A stretch of 64,000 nucleotides of DNA from Octopus sinensis (GCF_006345805.1 NW_021836000.1:62001-126000), one strand, 5' to 3'. Shown: positions 12,400-24,552, counted from the first letter of the stretch. A program made the numbers and translations. Notes: generated from the letters alone by a model not told the origin.

Positions 12400-12660
12400 G
12401 GTTAGGAAATGGTTAGGAATAGGGTGATTTGGATTAGAAAATGGTTAGGGTTAAGGTTAGGGTGTGGTTGGGTTAGAATCAAGATAGGGGTAAGGTTAGG
12501 GTTAGGGTTTGGTTGAATTAGGATCAAGGTAGGGTTAAGGTTTGGTTGGATTAAGATCAAGATAGGGTTAAGGTTGGCGTTAGAGTAGGCATTAAGGTTA
12601 GAGTTTGGATTAATAAATGGTTAGGGTTCGGATATGGTTTAAGTTTTTGTTGGAATAGAG
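12400..12660 (+). repeat. Degenerate TTAGGG-like hexamer array (interstitial)
   Basis: Six-base periodicity (GGTTAG, GGTTAA, GGTTTG, GGATTA...) with several exact TTAGGG units. Confidence 0.85.
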
Positions 12661-12912
12661 TCAAAGTATAAGTTTTTAAGAATAATTTCTATTTTTATAA
12701 TATTAATTTTTCTTTTTATAAGTTTATATAAAATAATAAATTATATTTTCATTTTTGAACAATTACTATGTGGTGTTCAAAATTGAGATTTCAATTTTTA
12801 TGAAGCCTGTCACCTGTCAACGTCAACTGTCATGTCTCAGGGTCAAAGTGTAACGCTTAAAATTGGTGTAACCCGCATGGAGCGCCACATTCACTATCAT
12901 TTTTCACGTAAC

Positions 12913-15900
12913 TTGAAACACGTGTACACGTTGTTGTTGTTGTGGTGTAATTTTTTTTTTTCAATTTATCTGTTATTTTTCATATCTTTTGTATAATTTA
13001 ATACATTCCTTTTCCTTTTTCTTTCGCTTTATTGCATCATTCTTTACATGGCAACTTGTTCCTCTTGTAAATCATCCAATTCCCGCAAGAAGGGCCGCTT
13101 GTGCTCCTCTTGCGATCTGTACTTCCATCTATCCTGCGTCGGGCTCTCCAGGGCCAGCTCGGCCGTTATCCTATGCTGGAAGTGCCCGAGTTGCCTTGGT
13201 CTACCCAAACGCATATCCCCAATTCCCGGGAGCCATTTTACCCCTTCTCAATTCCTCAAATCCTTATCTGCTTTCCGAAGCGAATCATTCATCCCAGTAA
13301 GGATTCCAAAATCGGCCAGACCCACTGTGGCCAAGTCCCTCGCAGCCTTGATCGACCAGGCGCTGGCTTCCAGCGCTCCTGACCCTTGGTTCAAGCTGTT
13401 CTCTTTCTTTCCCGTTTGCCTCAATTCTTCTCCCATGCGCTCATGCGCTGCTAATCACGTTTCTTCTGCCCAGCGGATTAAGGACCGTTGTACATCTTAC
13501 GTCCACTCAGAGTTCAACTCTGATTGGCTGTCTGTCTCTCTTACGCCCCCTTGTAAGGAGGCACCCTCAAAACGGCCCGGTCTCGCAGAATTGCGCTTTT
13601 CCCGGGCAGTCCGAAGCAAACTCCTCCAGGGCGATATCTCTGGTGCAGTGCGCGCAATTTCATCCAACTCCTCTGTGGCTCCTCGGTGTGATGCTGTCCT
13701 GAATCAACTCCGCAGCAAACACCCCCAAGCTCCCACCGACCTCCGTGCAACACCGACGTTAGTTTCGGCTCCGTCCAACCCGATAACCTCGTCTGAGGTT
13801 TCGGCCGCTCTCGGGTCTTTTGCGCCCAGTAGCAGCGGCGGGATAGACGGTGTAAAGCCCATCCACCTACGCGATCTCCTGAGCCCATTGACCCACGAAT
13901 CCGGAAAAGACCTGCTATCTTCTGTCACTCGTCTTTGTTCGCACATTGTCTCGGGCGAGATTCCAACCGTCGCCAGAGATCTTCTTTTCTCTGCTGGCCT
14001 CATTGCCCTGTCGAAAGCCGATGGCGGCGTGAGGCCCATTGCGGTCGGTAACGTTTTCAGGAGACTCTCGGCCAAGATAATGTCCCGCAGGGTGGTTCCC
14101 CCCCTGAGTCTGGAGTTTCTCCCTTTCCAGTACGGTGTCGGCGTCCAAGGTGCCTGCGAAATTCTCGCGCACGGCACTCGCCAACTTGTCCAGTCAAAGC
14201 CAGAAGACTGCAAGTTCATCGTGAAGCTGGACGTCAGCAACGCATTCAACTGCGTCCGCCGGGACCATCTGCTCGAAGTGGTCTCGGCACGTTGCCCCGT
14301 TCTCTTCCCAATTGTAAAGCTGGCATACTCTGCCCCAAGCTGCCTTCTGATCCATGATCAGATCATCATGTCAGAATGCGGCATTCAGCAGGGTGACCCA
14401 CTGGGCCCATTGCTGTTTGCCCTCTCCGTTGACCACATTGCACGGAACCTTTCTTCCACTGTTAACTTCTGGTACCTGGACGACGTGACGATCGGTGGAC
14501 CTACAGAGGTCGTTATGGAAGACGTTAAGAGAATCACTTCCGGTTTCTCCAAGATCGGACTATCTCTTAACGGCGAAAAATGCGAACTCGTAAACATTTC
14601 TCTTGCCCCCGCCGCTCTCCGCAACACATTCTCCTCTCTCAGCAGCCTGATCGTTGGGTTAAGGCTAACGCCCACCAGCGATCTAGTTATCTTGGGCTCT
14701 CCAATTTCCGCTGAAGGCATAGAAAATGCCTTATCGTCTAAATGGGACGAAATTAAACTACTCACTGATCGGATCCGTGGGCTTGGCTCGCATCTTGCGT
14801 TTTTCTTGTTGAAGAACTTTCTTTTCGTCCCCAGACTGACCTATATTCTCCGTTCCTCCCCGTGTTTCGCTGCCACAGAGTCATTATCCAGAATCGATAA
14901 TCTTGTCCACCAATCGCTAACATTCCACCTCAATTTGAGGTTCACTGGTGACGGTTTTACCCGTGCCAGTTTACCAACTCGCTTCGGGGGGATCGGGATC
15001 CGCTCTTGTGCGGACCTGGCCCTACCCTGCTATCTCTCATCCATGTCGGCTTTCAGGAATTCCGTTTGCTCAGTTCTACTTCCCTCTCTCGAACTTAATG
15101 AGCTCTCGGAATTCTCATCTGCATGCCGTACGTGGTGCTCACTCGACCTTGATTTTCCCACGATCCCTTCAGTTCAAAGGGGCTGGGACGAAATTCTCTG
15201 CTCGAACACATTACGAAAACTTCGCTCCAAGTCGGACCAACTCCAGCTGGCCACCCTTAACTGCGCCTGTCAGCCGCACACGGGTGACTGGCTCAAAGCT
15301 CTCCCCACTCCTAGTACGGGGTTACTACTGGACGACGAATCCTTGCGGATTGGGATCAGCTTACGATTGGGTTTGGACATCTGCCAGCCCCACCCTTGCC
15401 GGTGCGGGTCCTCAATTTCGTCAAACGGCTTGCACGCCTTGTCGTGTAAGAAGAGTGCCGGGAGAATTCCCCGTCACACTCATCTGAATGACGTTGTGAG
15501 GAGGGCTCTAGAGTCGGCTGGTTTCCCTTCCACCCTAGAGCCAGTCGGCCTTTCCCGGAGCGACGGCAAGCGTCCCGACGGGATGACGACCTTTCCTTTT
15601 AGGGAAGGCAAGTCCCTGGTTTGGGATGCCACGTGTGTCGACTCTTTTTCGGCGACAATGCTTCCCAGGACTGTCGCAAACCCGGGTTCCGCCAGTGCGC
15701 TGGCTGAAGAGACAAAGATGACGAAATACCGGTGTATTTCGGACGCTTTTGAGTTTGCCCCCCTCGCCTTCGAAACCTCTGGAATCGTCGGAAAGGCTGC
15801 GACTCAACTCCTCACCGCCATTGGTAGAAAAATCTCCACAAAAACAAACGACCGGAGGGAGACGAGCTGGCTGTTCCAGCGAATCTCGGTTGCTGTGCTC

Positions 15901-15995
15901 CGCGGAAACTGCCACTCAATACGCAGCGCGGCATCGTTGAGCTGACCCTCAGGCCCTCGACAATTCCCTTAGCCACCCAATTGCTTACTTTTTTC
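12913..15995 (+). mobile_element. Full-length CRE-like retrotransposon (lineage 2) with 13-bp TSD
   Basis: Direct repeat TTTTTCACGTAAC at 12900-12912 and 15996-16008 brackets a T-rich leader, the ORF and a ~50-nt 3' UTR; no poly(A). Confidence 0.85.
13048..15945 (+). CDS. PHD finger-RT-restriction-like endonuclease polyprotein (CRE-like lineage 2), 965 aa
   Basis: CSSC..CSSC..HLSC..WKCPSC PHD; GVRPIAVG, KLDVSNAFN, GIQQGDPLGPLLF, WYLDD; CRCG..HALSC, RH, KRPDG, WDATC, EETKMTKY, FETSG. Uninterrupted ORF. Confidence 0.95.
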   Translation: MATCSSCKSSNSRKKGRLCSSCDLYFHLSCVGLSRASSAVILCWKCPSCLGLPKRISPIPGSHFTPSQFLKSLSAFRSESFIPVRIPKSARPTVAKSLAALIDQALASSAPDPWFKLFSFFPVCLNSSPMRSCAANHVSSAQRIKDRCTSYVHSEFNSDWLSVSLTPPCKEAPSKRPGLAELRFSRAVRSKLLQGDISGAVRAISSNSSVAPRCDAVLNQLRSKHPQAPTDLRATPTLVSAPSNPITSSEVSAALGSFAPSSSGGIDGVKPIHLRDLLSPLTHESGKDLLSSVTRLCSHIVSGEIPTVARDLLFSAGLIALSKADGGVRPIAVGNVFRRLSAKIMSRRVVPPLSLEFLPFQYGVGVQGACEILAHGTRQLVQSKPEDCKFIVKLDVSNAFNCVRRDHLLEVVSARCPVLFPIVKLAYSAPSCLLIHDQIIMSECGIQQGDPLGPLLFALSVDHIARNLSSTVNFWYLDDVTIGGPTEVVMEDVKRITSGFSKIGLSLNGEKCELVNISLAPAALRNTFSSLSSLIVGLRLTPTSDLVILGSPISAEGIENALSSKWDEIKLLTDRIRGLGSHLAFFLLKNFLFVPRLTYILRSSPCFAATESLSRIDNLVHQSLTFHLNLRFTGDGFTRASLPTRFGGIGIRSCADLALPCYLSSMSAFRNSVCSVLLPSLELNELSEFSSACRTWCSLDLDFPTIPSVQRGWDEILCSNTLRKLRSKSDQLQLATLNCACQPHTGDWLKALPTPSTGLLLDDESLRIGISLRLGLDICQPHPCRCGSSISSNGLHALSCKKSAGRIPRHTHLNDVVRRALESAGFPSTLEPVGLSRSDGKRPDGMTTFPFREGKSLVWDATCVDSFSATMLPRTVANPGSASALAEETKMTKYRCISDAFEFAPLAFETSGIVGKAATQLLTAIGRKISTKTNDRRETSWLFQRISVAVLRGNCHSIRSAASLS

Positions 15996-16229
15996 TTTTT
16001 CACGTAACCTAAGGATTGAGACTATACTGATACAACATCTTTTGGAAGATACCATCTTTTAATTAAAATGACGCTTATAATAAATTATTTTCTTTGTTTA
16101 TTTAATGTCAAACTATGTAGGTCACGCTGTCAACAATGAAGGTCGCTCTGGTCGCCTGTGTGAGGCGGGCATATTAAACCAAATTCAAGATTTTGAGGAT
16201 TTGCCTTATGTGTGCATATCGATTCTAAG

Positions 16230-17040
16230 GGATGAGATTGAACACCCTCCATTTTGCATCCAGAATCTCATACGAAATTTGTATGGTTCCTGTTATCATT
16301 GAAAAGAATTCTGAACAACATTCTGGATTGATTTTGTACAAGCCCAGGATCCCGAGTTGTGGTAGAGTATATGTTTTAGCAGTTTATTGCAAATATGAAT
16401 TCTCGTCCTCACCTAAGTCGTTTTTGGGTGATCCATGCTTGCGCTTTAAGTAAATGTCTTTCTTTCTGTAATATCCTCGTGTAACCGAAGAGTCGCTTTC
16501 CTATTGATAGGGAGACGTCTCTTCTATACATTTTGTTTAAGATCCAATTGATGGCTTTATACAGTTTCTTTGTTCATCATTTAGAGAATTTGGCATTTAG
16601 ATCATTCGAGTCTGAGATTTTTTTATTCAGGTCTGAGTTTGCAAATATTGTTTCCTTTGTGGTTATTTCATTATCTAATTTGCGCAGTTCTAAATTGGTC
16701 GTTAGTTTTCTTCAATACTTCGATTTTAATATTGTTCCAAAATGTTTGCCTCTGCTGTTTAATACGAAGGCTCCGATCTTTTGGAGTATAAAAGCTGGGA
16801 TGTTCAATTGCGTTTTTTGGTGTTGGAAGAAGCAGATCGTCTGTTGGGAGTAGACTTTGAGACACAACTGAGCTAAATCATCCCATTCCTCTCAACAAAA
16901 AACGACAGGCGTTGATGTTCAGTGCCACGGACAGTCCAATCCTTAACAAAGTGACAAAATCTTCCAATCCTTTCAAGTACAAAGAGGAAACAACGACAGT
17001 CAAATTGTTGGACCAACGTTTCGTTCTAATGGAAACAGCC
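16230..17040 (-). pseudogene. Decayed non-LTR fragment, paralog of part of 29400-31330
   Basis: Clear nucleotide similarity to ~30160-31330; multiple stops. Confidence 0.55.
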
Positions 17041-18070
17041 AGAAGGCCTCTAAAAGACTTCAAGCTAACTTGGATCGGCTCAACCTATGGCTAGCTGACA
17101 ACCGACTCGTGGTAAACGCGGAGAAATCCGCCACCTCACTTTTCACATCTGATAAAAGATTGGGAATGGCTTCTGTCGACTTGAAGTTTAACTGTGTGTC
17201 CATACCCTTCTACAAAGTCAGACCGTTCTAGGGTAACCCTCGAGATGCACCTCTGCTTCTCCCCGCACGCAGACAACCTCCTTTACAAATGCAAAATAAA
17301 TGAAAATTACACATCGATAAAACAAAATTAAATCGCTGCTTTTTCCATGATATGATTATGCAGTGTTTATAAAATAACTTATTTTGCTTAAATTAATTAC
17401 AGATCTCTTTGACACTATAAAGGTTGATGAACAGCAAGACTCTCACGAATGTTATATATATTTTTTAAAAACTGAATGAAATTATTTTTTGAATAATATT
17501 ATTTTTGAACACTTGATACTTATCTTTGTGTAATACATTCCAAGATTTCTATTCACCAAAGCTGAAAAAGTGGCTAGCTAACTTCCTCAGCGGCCGAAGA
17601 GGCAGGATCCAACAAAACAATACAAGATCGATGTCACGAAATTTTCCAAACGGAGTCCCTCAAGGCTCAGCCCTTTCGCCAGTTCTCTTTAACTTATTCT
17701 TATCGGACCTCCCGCTACCAAACGACAAAGACTCAATCGTACTATCATACGCAGACAATATTGTGATTGCTACTCGGAGCCGTGAGGTTAACATAGCAAG
17801 TTCAAAACTACAGAACTACCTCCACAATCTCGAAAGTTGACTTTCGATAAATCGAATATCAACGAGTCCTGAAAAATCAGTCCCTACGCTTCTCCTCGGC
17901 GCGACTTACGATAGTCATATGTGTTTCTCCCAACAAGTTGAAAATGTTACAACTAGCTGCATGAAGAAACTGAACATCTTGAAAGTGTTCCTCCGAAAAT
18001 GCAAACAATGGATCAGCTTCCCCACACGCCAATCAATCTACCGGCAATAAATCGAACCCTCCATTAGTTA
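17040..18070 (+). pseudogene. Decayed Jockey/I-like LINE RT (paralog of 1160-2620, empty of the 1930 insertion)
   Basis: NGVPQGSALSPVLFNLFLSD and YADNIV motifs; nucleotide paralogy. Confidence 0.85.
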
Positions 18071-18139
18071 TGCTTGTGGGGCGTGGGGAGGGTCTGTCAG
18101 TGAAACGAACAGTGAAAATTAGTTCTATGCTTTGGACGG

Positions 18140-18965
18140 GTATCTTGATTTTAATAATAATTCCAAGATTTCTATTGAAACAAACAAATATTAAAATTGC
18201 AAAGTGTCTACAAACTTCTTCTGAAAGAGAAGTTGCAAAAAAATTCAAGATAAGCAAAGACACTATTTCCCAAATAAAAAAACATTTCTTCTTTCATTAA
18301 TACCGGATCAGTCATTTCAAGGTTAGTTCAAATAGATGAAGTTGAACAAGTTTCTAATGAAATAAATCAATTTGACTATCAAAGATTAACGACGACTTTC
18401 TCCTGGAAGCAAATTGAGGAAAATAGAGAAGAATTAGTTGAAGATAAAAATTGCTGGGAAGAAGTCCTGGAAGAAATATAACTGAAGTAATATCTGAAGA
18501 AAACAAAGATCTATTCAAAAGTCGCTAATTTTATAATGGAATTGGCACAGAGGAAAAAACAACGATATTGGAAACGTATAAAATGATGGATAAGTTAGAA
18601 AATTTAGCGCAAAATAATCTTTTGAGACACTCTAAAAATATTATGAGTTTAGATTTCAACTTGGAAAAGATTTAAAAAATAAGAAAAATTTGAAATTGAC
18701 TGATTATTTTAAAAAAATGTTTTAAAAAGAATGATTTATTAATTAATCAAAATCAAATAAAAAAACAGAATAGAAATCTATCAAACTATAAAGCAAAAAA
18801 GCACAACTTATTGTCTTATCTCCATATAAACACTTTGGAAGATGTAAAAGAGTTCATTCTTGGCAAAATAAACCAAATTTTAAATTAAATGAACTATAAT
18901 TCAATAGTTTGAATCAGATCCCCGCTTTCTGGGACACTTTGGTGCCTCATCTCAGGGTTAGACTG
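18140..18965 (+). mobile_element. Internally deleted pogo-like element
   Basis: HTH-like KIAKCLQTSSEREVAKKFKISKDTISQIK; right TIR ...CAGGGTTAGACTG|TA. Confidence 0.65.
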
Positions 18966-21900
18966 TAATAATTTTGAGAAATCCTTCCAACAAATTAGAT
19001 CGTTTTTTCGATTTGTCTGACCCAATAAAATTCTCGAATAATCTAAATTCTTGGTTAAACTATTGTCAGGAAAAAGAAAAATTAAATTTACAAGCGCTAT
19101 GGAATGCAAAGTTCGCATTAAAATGATATAAACCTCACTTTTGGTCTTATTTTTTACGCAATTTCTTAAATGATTTGTTCTTATCACGAATAGGTAATTT
19201 TCAATATTATGGAAATTGATTATTGACAAACAAATACAGTTTTAGTTAAAAAAAATTCGTGCTCTTCAAGAGCTTTCATTTCTTCACACTCTTTACGATG
19301 TATACTGAGCTTTTCAATATACTGCTGTTTTTGATTAAATCTCTATAAATACCCTGTGTGAGGCAATTAAATCTGAAGTAAAACTCTGTATGGAAATCAG
19401 GCATTCTAATTTTCTTTCGTTTTTACCGACATCACCAATGGTGTCCCATATATATCAATTGAGAGAAGACGGACTCTTTGTTAAATCCGCTCAATACACG
19501 TGGTTACAATTGACATTAACAAGAATTCGCAAAGAAAATGTTTTATGGGCACATGGTGTATTGGACCTGATGGAGATATCATAAACCAGAGTCAACTCCA
19601 TCTTCATACAGCATAAATGGCATATATATCAATGACAAATATGAACTCTTTATTCCGAATCTAGATGACACTGTAGAAGCCTACGATCTAGTAGTAAATC
19701 TAACACAAAATGAAAAGAGTATAGAGGAGGTTTTGAACAAGATATTTCATCAACTGAAGAAGAAAAAATGATAGTCAAAGAAAGAGATGGATAACCAAGT
19801 CTGAACAAACTGGGCTGGATGGAGTGATACAAAACCAATAACTCAATTGAAAAAAATAAAACTACCAAAATGACAAATCCAATATCTATTTTACTGATTG
19901 GAATGTAAAAACATTTCACAAAACAAAATTAAATCAGGAAATAAACAATTAATGCATATTACAATATTGATAAGACAAACACAGAACTAACAATTGTAAA
20001 CAATCGAAAGATTGGAATCAAAATCCGGTATCTATTTTACTGATTGGAATGTAAAAACATTTCACAAAACAAAATTAAATTAGGAAATAAACAATTAATG
20101 CATATTACAATATTGATAAGACAAACTCAGAACTAACAATTATAAACAATCGAAAGTCCTGCGCAAATATTAATATGCATTCATTTGAAATAACATGAAT
20201 AATAATATGAATTAATATTTACAAAATGTGAAAAGTAAAAAAATGTGCCACGTTATAATAAATAGTAAAATATTATGTAAAATTTTATTATATTTATTCG
20301 AATTATTTAAAAAATTTAATAACAAAAATAAATAATTTTTTAAAAGTTTAATAGCATAGGAAGAATATTTTACCAAATTCGCCAAAAAAATTTTTCCCTG
20401 AAACAATGCATTGTTCACACTGATGGTCTGATTAGGCACTTGTGTGCACGTTTTTTCGATATTTTGACAGGCAAATGTATAAGCGGGAAACTATTCGGTA
20501 TGAAAAACAGTGATATATAAATTTAATCATGTTTTTTTACATTCTGAGATCAACTTAAAACTCTACAAACTGACAGAACTAAACATACTTAAGCACGCAA
20601 ATCTTTTTTTTGGAAAACGCAAATAAATCACAAGCAATGTTGATTTCCAATTCTGAAATTGTTTATGAAACAAACAGGCTGTGAACAAATATAAAAAGTC
20701 TGCTTTAACTTACTCCCCTTCCCATCGAATTAAAAACAGAAATGACTTATGCAAAATGCCAGGTCTACATTTAATTCTCTATCCAGCTAGTAAGCTGTCG
20801 CTTTGTTTGACAGACTAGAAAGAAATGACAGAACTGCTCGGGTTATTTTCATTTCCTGGGACTACTCATCAATAAACCAACGTTGATTTATTAGAAAATA
20901 TACATCTGACGGATGTCTGAGTGAGGACTCTCTCGAGGTAGATTATCCTCATGCGGGAGGAGTTGGTCCTCACTCAACAATTTAAGGAATGAGACAAGTT
21001 GTGTCATTCGTGGAATCTCATTTCTGTAGTGATCGAATACTTTTTGAGCATATACTTCCCACAAAATGTAACCACTGTCACTTTGGGTGTCTTTGAACGT
21101 GAAGACTTTCCCTATACTGAAGACATGTCTTCATTCTTACCAGCAGGAAAGAGTGAGTTGGCTGAGGTTTTTCCACAAATATGGACTATGTGGAATACTG
21201 GCCGACGATATGGGAAGACACTCCAAGTACTAGTCTCCCTCCATAGCCACTACAAGTCCAATTTTATTGGTAAGAAATCTTTCTCGACATTTTGTCAGGA
21301 CTGTATTGTACCTTAGAAATCAGGATGTCAGGTCTAACCTCAGGATGTGTTCCATCAGAAGGCTGATTGAATAAAAATCTATCTCAAGGTCTTTTTGCAA
21401 TAATCAATGTTATAGGTGCAAATTTGTACAAATCTGATTTACATGAATGGATTATAAAATTTGCAGTCAATGATTACTAAATCAAACTGAAACGAAATAA
21501 CAAGTGCACTCAAAATGTACGCACTGAATGAAAATTCCGTTCATCCCCTTGTAAAAAGATCATAAATAGCCCTGCCACAAGACGTAAATGACATGTTGAC
21601 ATCTCGCTCAGGCCGGCCACACTTTTTTGTAAAGATTTCGGAATACTACCAACCCTTCAAGCACTACACGACCCCTTGTTGCCCTGTGTTCGTATTAAAC
21701 TAGCCAGGTTTGTTAAATTTAAATCATTTGATTTTAATCAACAATAAAAATCAATGATTTAAATCATTAAAAAAAATCAAAAAAATCAAAAAAATCATTT
21801 AAATTTTTTTAAATGTCTGGAAGAAAGCGTGATTCTTTGTGGGCTTATTTTGATAAACGTATTATTCCTGGAAAGACCGGAAGCCGTGCCAGATGTCGTA

Positions 21901-24319
21901 ATTGTGGGAAGGACATACAAGGTCTTGTATCTCGGATGAGGCAGCATCATTTATTATGTCGAAGTAATATTGATATCCCTGAAAATATGCCGAGACCTGA
22001 AAGCGAATTTCCTCCAAGGATGAAGGACCATTCATTAATCAATTTCGTAACTACGACGACTTCATCTAAGAAAGATTTGATGGATCTGCAACTCGCTAGA
22101 TACATATTTTCTACAAACACTCCGTTTGCTGCTGTAGAACATCCCGAATTTGTCAAATTCGTCCAAATGCTTCTTCCTGGGTATCGTTTACCCTCTCGTC
22201 ATCAAATTGGTGGTACATTACTTGATCATGTGTACGACCAAATACATGAAGACTGTCGACAAAGACTCCAGGACAAAACAGTGTCTATGATGTTGGACGG
22301 GTGGAGCAACATTCATAATGAACCCGTTATTTGTGTCTCGGTTGTGACATCAGATGGGGAAAATTATCTCATTGACACTGTGGACACTTCTGGATATAGC
22401 CACACTGCGGAATATCTTCAATCTGTTGCTTTAGCCTCCGCACAATTGGCTGAACAACGGTTTGGATGTAAAATCGGCAGTCTTGTAACGGATAATGCTG
22501 CCAACATGACTAAAATTTAGTTTAACTAGCTAATTTTTTTAAACCATCAATTCACTAGTTTAACAATCGTTAATATGCCATGAAATACGTACAAAACTAT
22601 TCTGTTCTATAATCTGAAAAAATCTTTGGGAAAATAATGGTATAGAAATATAAGTAACAATTTAATCAGAAATTAATAATTATCACAATGTATCAGGTCG
22701 CATAAACATTATTTCGAATTGAAATAATGCGTGATTACCTGAAATTATATTTTTGCTGAAAATACGATCAAATAATATGTCACATGGGTGATCAGACCCC
22801 TATGGGCAACCTGGCCTTTACGTGTTTCCATGGCAACTACATAGCAAATATTTACTAAAAGGCCAACTAATATAAAGGCAAATACCCAGGCTTGTATTTG
22901 GGATTAAATATATTATATATACAGTCAAATTAATTAATAGAGAATTAATGTCGTGAACTTGAGGGTTAGTCCGACGACGAAGCACTGCGGATAGAGAGGC
23001 AGTTCCCGCGAAGAATTGCAACCGAGATGCGCTGGAAAAGCCAGCTCGTCTCCCTCCGGTCATTTGTATTCTGTGAGATTCTTCCTCCCACAACCCGTAA
23101 CAGATTTTCTACCTTCTTTCCAACCACACCGGAGGTCTCAAAGGCTAGGGGGACAAACTCAACGACGTTCGGAAGCACAGCGTACTTCGTCAACTTCCTT
23201 TCTTCTGCCAGCGCACATGCGTAGCCTGGTGTACTGGCTGTTCCTGTGAGCACAGTATCTGAAAAGGAGTCGACGCAAGTTACATCCCAAACAAGAGACC
23301 TTCCTCCTCTAAAGGGGAATATAGTCATCCCGTCAGGACGCTTTCCGTCACTGCGGCAGAGCCCAATAGGTTCAAGGGTCGATGGGAATCCCGCAGAATC
23401 CAAAGCCCTTTTCACCACTTCATTGAGGAGGACGTGGCGGGGAAATCGGCCAGCACTCCTCCTACAGGACAATGCGTGTAAACCGTTCGAAGGAATCAAA
23501 AAACCACAGCGACAACGGTGAGGTTGGCAGATTTCAAGTCCAAGTCGAAGACACACTCCGATACGTATAGTTTCGTCTTCCATAAGCAGACCATTGGACG
23601 CCAACGGAAGTGCGTTTAGCCAGTCTCCTGAGTGAGGCTGACAGGCACAGTTCAAAGAAGCCAGTTCCAACTGGTCGACTCGCGTGCGAAGACTCTCCAA
23701 CAGGTGTGTGCACCAGATGACATCCCAACTCTTCTGTATTGAAGGAATCTCCGGAAGGCCAAGTCCGAGCGATCTCCAGGCGAGAACAGCAACAGGGTAT
23801 TCCGTAAGCTCATCAAGTTCGAGTGAGTTGATAAGAACAGAGCGAACGAAATTGCCGGAAGCAGACATCGACGAGAGATAACAAGGCAAAGCAAGATCTG
23901 CACAAGAACGAACCCCAAGGCCACCAAAGCGGAGTGGAAGTGCGGCACGTGTACGTCCCACGTCAGTGAACAAAGTGTTCAGTAGTAACTGTAATGATGA
24001 TGTAACCGCGTCATCCAAATCCAAAAGTTCTTGACGTGAGCGAAAACAAGGAGACGTTCGGAGCAAAAAGGTTAAACGGGGAATAAAAAGAAAGTTTTTC
24101 AGCAAAAACAGCCCCAGATGGGAGCCAAACAGTCGTAATCGGTCGCAGAGAGGAGCAATCTTATCTCGTTGTGAAACGATAGCCTTCGCAATTCCCTTAT
24201 CAGAAATCGGTGAACCCAGAATCACAAGATCCGCGAGAGCGGTTATACGAAGGCCGTCAATTTTCTCCGAAAGGGCCATAAAAACCTCACTCTGTTGGGT
24301 TAGCGGCTCCGTAAGTCCG

Positions 24320-24320
<1 letters not shown>
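18577..24320 (+). repeat. ~5.7-kb segmental duplication of 3900-9634
   Basis: Colinear and near-identical from ~19170, with mostly homopolymer-length differences; more diverged in the first ~600 bp. Confidence 0.95.
21705..22520 (+). mobile_element. 3'-truncated hAT element, BED-finger ORF 21813-22520
   Basis: Same as 7020-7832 but the ORF is open from MSGRKRDSLW (235 aa). Confidence 0.85.

Positions 24321-24346
<26 letters not shown>
22883..24346 (-). mobile_element. Truncated CRE-like lineage 1 copy with 14-bp TSD and an A-run at the 5'-truncated side
   Basis: Near-identical to 8197-9634. A-run at 24321-24346; TSD AATATAAAGGCAAA at 22869-22882 and 24347-24360. Confidence 0.9.
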
Positions 24347-24353
<7 letters not shown>

Positions 24354-24512
24354 AGGCAAACGAAACGAACTAATGATTGAACTTTAAATTTTTGAGAAAA
24401 TGATGTTTTATATTTGAACCATGCTTGCTTTAAAATAATAAAATTCTTTACAACATTAGCAAATTATAACGTGAATTATTTTTATTTTCGATAATATAAA
24501 TTGCAACATTAG

Positions 24513-24518
<6 letters not shown>

Positions 24519-24552
<34 letters not shown>

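Noticed and set aside
12400-12660. A true chromosome end
   Set aside because: The array is interstitial, short and highly degenerate.
8330-15940. Many 60-190 aa ORFs overlapping the CRE-like ORFs on other frames or strands
   Set aside because: These are shadow frames of GC-richer coding sequence, with no motifs.
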